Positions 23,629 to 34,109 of a stretch of 44,325 bases of DNA are shown in pieces. The notes beneath the pieces were generated by a model. That model was not told the DNA's origin, ran no database searches, and saw only the letters and a list, made by a program, of their open reading frames with translations. This DNA comes from Macrostomum lignano. Taxonomy: Eukaryota. Made by a program: the position numbers and the translations under genes. Within the stretch, counting starts at the first letter, position 1. Each line of letters begins with the position of its first letter. The stretch spans positions 1 through 44,325 of the forward strand of contig NIVC01004491.1 of assembly GCA_002269645.1 (NCBI GenBank). Direction: 5' to 3'.

Positions 23629-24162
23629 CCCTTATCCCCGATCCCCTTATCCCCGATCCCCTTATCCCCGATCCCCTTATCCCCGATCCCCTTATCCCCG
23701 ATCCCCTTATCCCCGATCCCCTTATCCCCGATCCCCTTATCCCCGATCCCCTTATCCCCGATCCCCTTATCCCCGATCCCCTTATCCCCGATCCCCTTAT
23801 CCCCGATCCCCTTATCCCCGATCCCCTTATCCCCGATCCCCTTATCCCCGATCCCCTTATCCCCGATCCCCTTATCCCCGATCCCCTTATCCCCGATCCC
23901 CTTATCCCCGATCCCCTTATCCCCGATCCCCTTATCCCGATCCCCTTATCCCCGATCCCCTTATCCCCGATCCCCTTATCCCCGATCCCCTTATCCCCGA
24001 TCCCCTTATCCCCGATCCCCTTATCCCCGATCCCCTTATCCCCGATCCCTTTATCCCCGATCCCCTTATCCCCGATCCCCTTATCCCAGATCCCCTTATC
24101 CCCGATCCCCTTATCCCCGATCCCCTTATCCCCGATCCCCTTATCCCCGATCCCCTTATCCC
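23629..24162. repeat. 15-bp minisatellite (CCCCTTATCCCCGAT)n, ~36 copies
   Basis: Near-perfect 15-nt period; the opposite strand carries two G4 runs per unit. Confidence 0.97.
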
Positions 24163-24927
24163 TTTATCACTGATCTACTTATTTCCGTTTGTACCTGCAT
24201 GTTTGTGTTGCGTTCCATTTAGCCCATTAATACGAGCGTAATCCAATCCCCCTTATCTAGTTTTTAAATTTGCCGCAGCCTCTTCATCACGACTATTTTT
24301 AACTGCTTCCAGCGAATTACTCAGTCTCCCATTCTATTTTTTTAATCCCGACTGTTCTTCGTCTCACTCAGCTGCAATGATTTTATTTCCATAGGCAGCC
24401 AAAAGTTAACCCTCGCTTTGTCATGAGTTTTGCGTCTTTTTGTATGAGCTTAGCCTAATGAGTCTTTAGGTTATAAGTCCTTATTAACAAAATAAAACAA
24501 TGTATTCGTAAACTAATTTTCAAGCTGAAACTGAATGCTGAATCTATGCCATTTATACTCAGCAACATTGAAAAGTCGCCTCCCTTTGCTTCAGTGAGCA
24601 GTGTCTTTCGACCAGCGTCTATCACCTGGCCAACCATTTTGAAATAAAAAATGCTTTAAAAAACAATGAAACCGGGCGGAAGCTTCAGTCCATCCAATAT
24701 TTACCCTCCACTCCTCCCAATCCCTCCTCACGCAGCCCAACTCTGCGTTGCGTGGCGCAAGTTGCGTCACTCAAATGTCAATACTGAGCTGGAATTTACT
24801 GCGCGCTCTCAAAGGTGGCGACTTTTTAATGTTGTTGAGTATAGTTTAAAATAATTTTCCCTGAGTCACTGCTGCCACAGAACACACAGACGCACCCGCC
24901 TCCTGATCTCCGTATCAAGCCGCTCAG

Positions 24928-25436
24928 GGGGGTGTTTCTCGAAACTCACGTAAGTTCTATGGTAAGTTCGATCGTAAGAAAGAAATTTACGTGTAGCTTA
25001 AGTTTGCTCGTAAGGTACTTTCTCAAACTCACTTAAGACTTTGCGTGGCTTACGCTGTTCGTAAGTCGTATCTGAAACGAAAAGTTGCATGTCTATGGTC
25101 ATAAATCTGCAAATATCTTTACTTAGTCTATCGTAAGTTGCTTTCGATAAAGTTTAACTTGACTTGGCTTGACTAAAGCTTCACGTACTATGCGATTAGT
25201 GCTTAAATGCGTCTTACGACTGATACCGAGCAGTCGTAGGGTTAAGATCAACCTTACGAAAGACCATAGACATACGAACGTTTCGAGAAACAGTCTTTTG
25301 CGCAAAGTTACGAACTCGTAAAGTTGCGATCAATCTTACGCATAGCTAACTTGCGAGCCCTTCGAGCAACCCGTAAGTGTAGCTTACCCAACTTACGTCT
25401 ATGGTCGATCGTAAGTTGCTTTCGAGAAAGACCCCC
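24928..25436. mobile_element. PIF/Harbinger-type MITE
   Basis: TIRs GGGGGTGTTTCTCGAAA / TTTCGAGAAAGACCCCC (1 mismatch); 3-bp TSD CAG at 24925-24927 and 25437-25439; interior packed with CTTACG/CGTAAG motifs. Confidence 0.8.
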
Positions 25437-25685
25437 CAGGCGTGCAGACTGAGCCCCCCACCCAGATTACGTACCCATGCAGTTGTGTACGCGCACCCGA
25501 ATTCATTGCGAGTGCCAACAATGGCATTCCAAATTGCCTGCTTACGTCAATGGCAGTTGCACATTGCAGAAAGCTATGATAAAAGCTGGAGTGCGGGACT
25601 GGTTCGCTTTACGCTGCTCTTAACATTGAAAACGTTTTATACCTTTACTTTGACTGTATAACTTTCTCTACCCCCGATAAACGCC

Positions 25686-26628
25686 ATGAAAGTGTCAACT
25701 TATCTGTGGCTTTGCTTTCTGACTCTTGCTGGCACATTGCTTGGAGGTAAGATTCAAAGCAATCACACGATTGCAAGGCTTCAGTGTAATCCTGCTTATT
25801 AGACACCTGTGATCCACCCCATGCACTGAGAATCACCCCTGATCCGCCCGGACTCTGAGAATCATTCCTATTAACTCATTCCCATTAATAGATCTGCTAA
25901 TGTTTGCTTAACTAATAGATGATTTTGAACTTGTCGAAAATACTTTTTTGTTTTTTAAATATTGAATATATTTTAAATGGAAAAAGTTAACTTAAAAATA
26001 ACTGCAACATACGCAAGCAGTAAAGTTTAAATAAAATACAACACGGTTATATTAATATTATCGATCTTAGTTAAGTTGACCACCTGTATTGATAATACAT
26101 GTATGATTATACCAAACAGACACAGTAATCAACTTAACTATTTGATGCATTTCAACATTCAAAATTGCAACTGCAACACCCGAAAACACAGAAGCTGCAG
26201 CCAGAGGCGGTCGCGGCGCCAGTTGGTCATACTCCTCCTACAGGTCCTCAACTTATTCACATTCATCATTCCATGACTCTAGTGGCGACAGCGGTTACTC
26301 TTCAGCTGACGTCCTCCTGATCTCATTGCCGTTGGCAAGTGTTTCAATTCTGCTGACTCCAGTTATTATCCTTTGCTGTTGTAAGCACTGTTACTGCTGT
26401 CATAAGCACTGCCGCAATGAAGAGTATCTGGAGAGGCCGCGGAACCGGGAGACCACTGTGACAGAAGTGCCCGGAGCTGCAGCAGCAGCCAGCAACTCAT
26501 CTCCCCCCTACCCAGCTGACGCGCAGCACAGGCCCAGCAGCATCGACAACCCGGAGCCGTCCACTCCGCCGCCCACCTACGAGTCTTTTATCCGTGAAAG
26601 CGGGCCGTATGTAGAAAGCGATGTCTAG
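25686..26628 (+). CDS. Orphan small type I membrane protein, ~165 aa, 2 exons (signal peptide, Ser-rich ectodomain, TM, Cys cluster, PPxY, C-terminal ESDV)
   Basis: Exon 1 25686-25746 (GCC-ATG; MKVSTYLWLCFLTLAGTLLG; donor G|GTAAGA, phase 1). Exon 2 26192-26628 (acceptor CACAG|AA; alternative in-phase acceptor at 26201); 498 nt in total, in frame. Confidence 0.7.
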
Positions 26629-27860
26629 GGTAGTCTATGCTTGAGACACTCGTATCTTGGTACTGGCAGCTTTTAGCAGAACCTGGCTGCCCTCGAAGGG
26701 ATAAACCAAGGGCACTGTGTCCCGATGCTACTGGGAGGTGGCATTGAATCAGAGCATTGAATCTACACCCATGTCAGAATCCTAGGGCCGCCAAATAAGC
26801 AATTTCCGAACGAATTAGTCAACCAAAAAGCTTCCATTGGATTAATTTCTTGTTCACTTTGTTAGTTACAGATTCCCACACACTTGCTAGTCGCTTTCTA
26901 CATGCTGGAGTTTGCACTTTGGACCGAATAGCAGGTGGGTGTTCATCCAAGGCAGCCAGAAGCACACTTTCATGGTTCTGCGTCATTCTCTGGTGCTCTT
27001 CTTTGATAGAGTTTGCTTACAAAATTTCTTTTGAGTCTATGGGAAGCATTCCAAGAAGCGGTGATTTCAGCTACGCTCGTTTTCAGTAGTTATTGCGCAT
27101 ATTTGTCAGTAGTTGAAAACGAGTATTAAATTACCTTTTTATTTAGCTGTGTCAGCGTAAGACTTAGTATGCCTTTGCATGACCAGTGTAAGATTATAAT
27201 CAGCAGAGTGAGTCAGAGAGAAAGCAATCGTCAGTAGTAGTGTTATATAGTAGTCAGTAGTAGTGTGGCTGCTCCACACTTATTACTACTATCGTCTATA
27301 CATTTTCCCGGGTCAGAAGGCTGTTGGACAGCAGTGTATTTTTAAAGAAAACTAAAAAGTTGGCTCAAAATAGCGGACCCACTCCTCTACACAATTCTGC
27401 GGCAGAGCCCCTCCCCGGGCTGATCCGCGTCTAGCCTAGCTAGACTCCCCGTTTAACAACGACAAACAACAATGCAGACCGGGTTAGTTGAATATGGTTT
27501 AAGCAGACAAGTAGTACACAAACGGCAGAAACAACAATAATACATAGAGTCAAAGCAAGAGAAGGCAGCTAGCGTCTGCTCTGCTAAAAATTTTAGCTGC
27601 GTTATTTTATTGCGATTAAAATAGATTTTTTCGTCCATGTCCATAGACTACTGACGATTAGTTTTCAGCATTGCATTTGACATTTGTCCCCGATTCATTT
27701 TTGGGTGTCATTTTCTATGCATTAGCTGAATGGAGAGTGGCCTATCTAGTGTATATTAGATCTATGGTCTGGACTAAGTTTTCTGCATGCGGCCCAAAGT
27801 CTGATAAATGTATTTTTGTACATTTTCTGTAAGTTTGAAAGTTGGAGCTATACGCATGCA

Positions 27861-28689
27861 CTGAGTCTTCAGTGCTGCCCCTCAGCAAACCTTTCTGAGT
27901 CTTCAGTGCTGCCCCTCAGCAAACCTTTCTGAGTCTTCAGTGCTGCCCCTCAGCAAACCTTTCTGAGTCTTCAGTGCTGCCCCTCAGCAAACCTTTCTGA
28001 GTCTTCAGTGCTGCCCCTCAGCACACCTTTCTGAGTCTTCAGTGCTGCCCCTCAGCAAACCTTTCTGAGTCTTCAGTGCTGCCCTCAGCAAACCTTTCTG
28101 AGTCTTCAGTGCTGCCCCTCAGCACACCTTTCTGAGTCTTCAGTGCTGCCCCTCAGCAAACCTTTCTGAGTCTTCAGTGCTGCCCCTCAGCAAACCTTTC
28201 TGAGTCTTCAGTGCTGCCCCTCAGCACACCTTTCTGAGTCTTCAGTGCTGCCCCTCAGCAAACCTTTCTGAGTCTTCAGTGCTGCCCCTCAGCAAACCTT
28301 TCTGAGTTTTCAGTGCTGCCCCTCAGCACACCTTTCTGAGTCTTCAGTGCTGCCCCTCAGCAAACCTTTCTGAGTCTTCAGTGCTGCCCCTCAGCAAACC
28401 TTTCTGAGTCTTCAGTGCTGCCCCTCAGCAAACCTTTCTGAGTCTTCAGTGCTGCCCCTCAGCAAACCTTTCTGAGTTTTCAGTGCTGCCCCTCAGCACA
28501 CCTTTCTGAGTCTTCAGTGCTGCCCTCAGCAAACCTTTCTGAGTCTTCAGTGCTGCCCCTCAGCACACCTTTCTGAGTCTTCAGTGCTGCCCCTCAGCAC
28601 ACCTTTCTGATTCTTCAGTGCTGCCCCTCAGCACACTTTTCTGAGTCTTCAGTGCTGCCCCTCAGCAAACCTTTCTGAGTCTTCAGTGC
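27861..28689. repeat. 34-bp minisatellite, ~24 copies
   Basis: Unit CTGAGTCTTCAGTGCTGCCCCTCAGCAAACCTTT; no spacers. Confidence 0.97.
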
Positions 28690-29531
28690 GGCACCTTTGA
28701 TGTTAATGTTTTATACCAGCTATGTTTTATTACAAAATCTCGTCTTAAAAAAATTTAATGGTGTAGTTGGAATGCATGTTTTCTAAATTGTCGAGTAGCC
28801 TTAGCTGAAATATTGTAGCCAATTGAACTGTATGTTTAAAGTTTTCACAACTAACCATAATGATGTGTACATGAAAATACGCACCTATTATTTTTATCTT
28901 GTGTCAGGAGTTATTACAATTTTTACTAACCAATTAATAAATCGATGCTTGCCTGCCTGTTTGTTTTGCTGGCTAACTTCTGACGCATTTCTTTTAACAT
29001 TTTTATTACCCTTTTGTTATTATTGACCTTGGTGCTGGCGCCTTCACGTAACTGGCGCCTCTATCTACTTAGCCTTCATGCACGAAGTATTGTCATCACG
29101 TGACCTTTTGTTATTCTACCTGTATCTGGTCCTGTTTATGTCACCAAATAAAATAAGCTGTGTGCAGTAGAAATAGATTTGCAAATTGTGCAACTGTTGT
29201 TCCCATTGCTTACCCTGTACTAATCTCTGCACGAAACACAATAGCATTTAGAGTACACAAAAAGCGCTAGTTTCTACTAACGGTTTTTTGGTGTACGGTT
29301 TTTTCATTTATGGCAGATGAGCGCTCTTTAATATCTTTCACTCTCTGCAATACTTTTAAATCGTAATCGAAATTCACGTCACATCCTATGTCGACGGTAT
29401 TGAACGATTTCGGGCCACGAGCAAATTAAATAAAATGATGACTACATAGCTGCTCGTGTCCCACGCGGGCGAATTTGCTGCTTTCAATTCTTTTTTATCT
29501 ATGGCCAAGCTTCTCAGGCGTAAAACCTGAT

Positions 29532-29660
29532 AAAATCTCCCCCCACCACCAAAAAGTGTCGAGTCTTGGCCATAGATAGCCAGAATCGGTTGAATTTGCT
29601 GTTAGTTAGCAGTCGAGTGGGATGAGATACACGGGAGTTTAAATCGATGGGGCAAGACAG
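29532..29660 (+). repeat. Dispersed ~130-bp repeat, copy 2
   Basis: Direct-orientation homolog of 23026-23160. Confidence 0.75.
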
Positions 29661-30305
29661 AGCAAATAAAGATCTTCTTCGGGTCACTAGGATCCGTGGG
29701 CATGACTGCATCCCCACAGGCTGTTGCCTTTATTGAGCCAATTAACTAATAGTCTATAACATGTAATACTATATTAGAAGACTTATGATTAATAAAAGTT
29801 AATATTGCTATAAGATGGATTTGTGCAAACTACAGAAAGTCTGAAAATTAACTTTTACCGCAGCTGACCCATATAACTCGGCGAAATAAATTACCGAAAA
29901 GAAACAAGAAGTTCTACTTGGTCAAGTTCTATTGGGTCAAAAATCTATAAAAAATTGCAATATTCAATTCAGCACGAACCTTATTTACGCATAGTTTCAG
30001 CAAGTTATGAGCTAAAGTGACAGGAGAATCCTCATATTATTCCGCTGTTTTTGTTGCTATCTGCACCAATCAACTAAATGCCAGCTGTCACAGCTTGCAT
30101 CGCACAGCGACCGAGTCAGTGGAATCGCAATATGATTGTGCTAGGACAAATATATAGCTAGTTAAGCTCCTTTAGGCAGCATATGTGGGTCGAAATCTTC
30201 TGCAAGGTCATGTGGACAAGTGCCCAGTTATAGTCCTAAAGCAGCCGGCTGTGACACAACCTCAGTGTATCTGCTGTCGAGACCGAGAGACAACAAGCCA
30301 AACTA

Positions 30306-33300
30306 ATGAGCCGAGTGGCCAGGGACTTCTGCAGCTTTTTGTCCGCATTCCTAGCCGGTGTGTGCCTGGCGCTCGCAATCCACCAGTTTGTCTACCTTGC
30401 TTCTTACACAACGAATGCTCAGGTAGCCTCAGGTGCCGACTGCTACGCTCGAGAGGGCGGCTGCTCTCTTAACGCCAAGGTTGACTTGAAGTCGAAACAC
30501 AGAGACGCAAAATCTGGCAATGCGTCACAGATCAGAATCTTCTGCTGGATTATGGTGCCATACATGATGCCTCTAATGACCATGATGATCATAAATGAGT
30601 CCTGGGGTCCCAGATGCAACGGATTTGCTTTTGTGGCTCCTCGGATAGCCGTTGGTGAACTGAATTTGCCACTAATTGGTAAGTTACGCTGCCTACAGTG
30701 CATGCAATTCGGCCCGAGTGGCAATTAAGCAGTATTTTCTTTACAAAAAGGTTCTTTCAGTAAGGCCTTAAATTTGTATTGTATTTTGAATTTTGATTTC
30801 TGCTGTCAAGATAGTACAGGACATTCGAAAATTCTTGTCACTTGTAGCAGAGTTTTTGATGCATGGAATTTTAAATTTCTTTCAGGTTTTATTTATACTT
30901 GTGTCAGAAGAAGACATGAAGGGCAATTTAAGCTATTACTTAAACAAATTAATATTCACTGATTTTTTGTTCAGATAATAAAATGAATGAGCTTGCTTAA
31001 CTTTGTGTAAAATAGTGCAAAAATTGTGTGAAATAATTAAAACTTCGACTTAGATCATGCCCCTAGCTAAGCCCCAGTCTAGCATATGCACAGATTCTAA
31101 AATAACTGGGCCACTCAGGCATATCCTTAGTACGAGGTAAAACAGCTTTCTACTTTCAGTTCAGTAGCAAAACCGAATACATAAGCTATTTTATCAAAAT
31201 AATGGCAGCTGAAATGACTTTGATAAGTTTAAAAGCCCAAGCTTGCAGGCGTAAACAACTGGCTAATTGGGTCAGCAGTTATGTACGTTAGCCAGTCCAC
31301 TGAAATGTACATAGCAGCTTTAGGCTGGAATTCCGATAAGGACAATAAAAATCAAGGTGGGAGGGGGTAGTGAGTAGAGTAAAGGCGCGGTTAAGAGGGT
31401 TTAAGCTAGGGGCGGTAAAAGCCAATAAATGGGCCTGGGCTTTAAAAATGCTTTAAAATTGGTCTGTTTACCTTACTACTGAACTGAAAGTAGCTTACAC
31501 GCAAGTGTGATGAGTGGCGCATCTAGTTATTCTAGTATCTGTGAGCATCCGCAAAAATAATAGCAGCTTGTCTTGTATGGTCATTTTTTCAACAAAGCGA
31601 CATGGCAGAAAAAGTGTTTTGTACATTTATTTTACTCAGCACAGATGCCATTGTAAATAACTATTACCCAAACACAGGGACGAGTCAAAACGGTCATTAT
31701 TACACCATTGAGCGACTCCACCCGCAGATTTTTTCGAATTGCTAGGTGCAGGCATACTGCTATGATTTTATTAAACTAATTAAAAATTTGAGTGCGCTCC
31801 GAAACATGAGTGCGCTAACGATATAATTTACCATGAAATTTGTACACGGGTTAAATGTACATTGAGGAGCAGCTGTGGAATAATGGCCAAAATCAATTGC
31901 TATTGCATCTGGGTGAAATTACATGTATATATACACTGCATAAGCGTCCTATACTTACGAAGTTCTAGACCGCAATGTATAACAAACACCAATCCGCAGA
32001 CGTGAACGCCCCAGCATTCGAGGCGAGCCAGTTTCACACGGTGGAATGGAAACGAATTTGGCTGTCAGCCTGGCAGCTGCATAGCAACGGAGCAGAGCAG
32101 AAATACGACTATTTCCTGCTGGTGCGCTCAAAAAACTACGTGGTCGTGGAAAATGCTCGCCGCATGTTGAGCAGCCTGGACCCCAGTAAGCCGTTCATGC
32201 TTGGCAGGCGGATGCAACGGAAAGTCATCGAACTCCAGGGTGGTCAAGAGAGCTACGATGCCGACTACCTGACGCGGACGCCGGTATTGTACTATCGAAT
32301 GGCGCCTTCGCCAAGATGGTGACGCTCGGATTCAGTGGCACCAGCTCTGATCCAGTCATCCGACTGAACTGCGGCTCGCATAGCGTGACCAAGTCCTACG
32401 ATACCCAGCTGTGTGAGTCAGCTCACTCGGTCAATCGAATTTCCAGTCAGGCTCGAATCCTGATACTTACTTGCTAGCCTTTACCCTGCTAAACAAATCC
32501 AAATAAGTATCGAGATTTATTATGTAAATTGGGTTTCTGCATTAACTAATCAGACCCCCAGATTCACAGGGGAGCGTTGATACAAGGTAGACTGATAGGC
32601 AATGGAATTAAAGCTTTAGCTATCGAAACTCTGTAGGTGACTAATACTGAAGCAACTTTTTTTCTATTCATTCTTTCTTTCATCCAAGTTGAGAGTATGC
32701 GTAAAATTGTCCAGCTATTTTGTAATCAAAGCAGTTCTCAGTACTAATTAGTAATATATTACAGCGGGAAATTATCTCAGGATAAATGTTGAAATTTTCA
32801 GCGGCCTGCCTGAAGAGCCTGGGCGTAGAAACGATGGACAGCCGGGACAGCCGCGGCCGGGAGCGGTTCCACCCGGTGCCGCCTGGCAACCTGCTGGAGG
32901 ACGGCCGAATGCCGGCCTGGCTGAGAAACGCCAGCTACTACAGACCGGTCCGAGCGGTACGGGTGCTCAGCGGGGGCAGCTAAAGTAGAAAGACCAAATT
33001 TTTCCCGCACTAAATTCCCAGTACATACAAGTTTTACTCACCTTCTGGACTTTTAAATTCGAAAATGAAGCATGTATTTTTGTCTGATTTTTTAATTTCT
33101 TGGAAGCAGGGGACTGTGTGCACCCTGGGGCACTTTAAGCGACATTGTCACACAACCGGTAAAAGGCATTACTGCCCATTCCGCCGACTCCCCTCAGCAG
33201 GCACACAAGCGCACGGATATGTACGCAGTCATACGCAGAGGCACACACTCACACAGGAGTGTACAGCGACCCTTATTTATCGTTAGGCATGTACACTTCA

Positions 33301-33740
33301 CTGTGCCTTGGGGTTGGACCACAAGGTCGTTAATTGCACGAGCAGAGCCAAGCCGAGATTCCGATTCAGCTCCGAATTAATGTGACGGCACTTGGAATCG
33401 AGCCTGCGTCGCTGGCACATAACGCCGTGCTGGACCACTGGGGATACTTCATCCTCATATTTGCCCAGTCGCTTTCAATGTCATCTGATGAAGATATGAG
33501 CTCGAGTAGAACAACTTTGAGCAGTGATTAAGTGGTTATCAGATTGAGAACGACCTTCTGCTTATTTTAGTGGCTGAATTACATGTAATATAACTGAATT
33601 TAATTTTCCAGTGCCTGAGCTGTCCTAGTCCCGAGTCCGTCACCTTCTTCGACGTCACTGAGTTTCACAAGACCGACGCGCTGATTCGCCACATGGGACC
33701 GGCGCTGCTTCCGTACAAGACGACGTCTGAAGAGAGATGA
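30306..33740 (+). CDS. C1GALT1/COSMC-family (GT31) type II membrane protein, ~356 aa, 4 exons; predicted catalytically degenerate; 1-nt frameshift near 32271
   Basis: Exons 30306-30678, 32000-32412, 32802-32956, 33612-33740 (GT-AG). Motifs: N-terminal TM, IRIFCWIM, WGPRCN, YDYFLLVRSKNYVVVEN..DPSKPFMLGRR, DAGIVLS, CLKSLGV..DSRDSRGRERFHP, SVTFFDV. The exons total 1070 nt, and the splice phases are consistent only if one base is missing in exon 2. Confidence 0.82.
31150..31493. mobile_element. Small MITE with 18-bp perfect inverted ends (TA-flanked, Tc1/mariner-like), in intron 1 of the GT31 gene
   Basis: CTACTTTCAGTTCAGTAG (31150-31167) versus CTACTGAACTGAAAGTAG (31476-31493). Confidence 0.6.
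33088..33453 (-). mobile_element. Candidate second tRNA-derived SINE family, in intron 3 of the GT31 gene
   Basis: The minus strand starts GGATGAAGTATCCCAGTGGTCCAGCAC..GGCTCGATTCCAAGTGCC (A- and B-box-like), has an unrelated ~300-nt body and ends in an A-rich tail; single copy in the window. Confidence 0.45.
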
Positions 33741-33802
33741 TCATTGCCTAAATGACTCATTCTGTTTGGGCTCATTTACAAGAATTTTGTATGTACTCAG
33801 CT

Positions 33803-34109
33803 GGGGTTTTAGCCGAGTGGTTAGAGGGTCGGACCCACGACTTGAAGGTGGGGGGGGGGTTCGATTCCCCATGGCACTGGAACAATTTGTTTCCTTGAGC
33901 AAGACACTTGACTCTGCATTGCTTCAGTTCACCCAGCTGTAAAATGGGTGCCAGCATTAGCTGTGGTAATTGAGGGTGTGTGGTGACCCCCAGTCCTTGG
34001 ACTGAACAGCCGTACGCAGCCTTCAGATGCACCGCGCAATAGCTGCGGCTGAGGTGTCGGTTGCACATCTGGCCCAATTGGGGCAGGTGTAATCAATGTT
34101 ATAATCATT
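33803..34109 (+). mobile_element. SINE family 1, copy 3
   Basis: Full-length match to 5336-5636; lies just 3' of the GT31 stop codon. Confidence 0.85.

Noticed and set aside
27861-28689. CRISPR array (34-bp partly palindromic repeat)
   Set aside because: Units are head to tail with no unique spacers, there are no cas genes, and the context is eukaryotic
32238-32252. Micro-intron (GTGGTCAAGAGAG) to fix the GT31 frameshift
   Set aside because: 13 nt is too short to splice; a single missing base explains the alignment better
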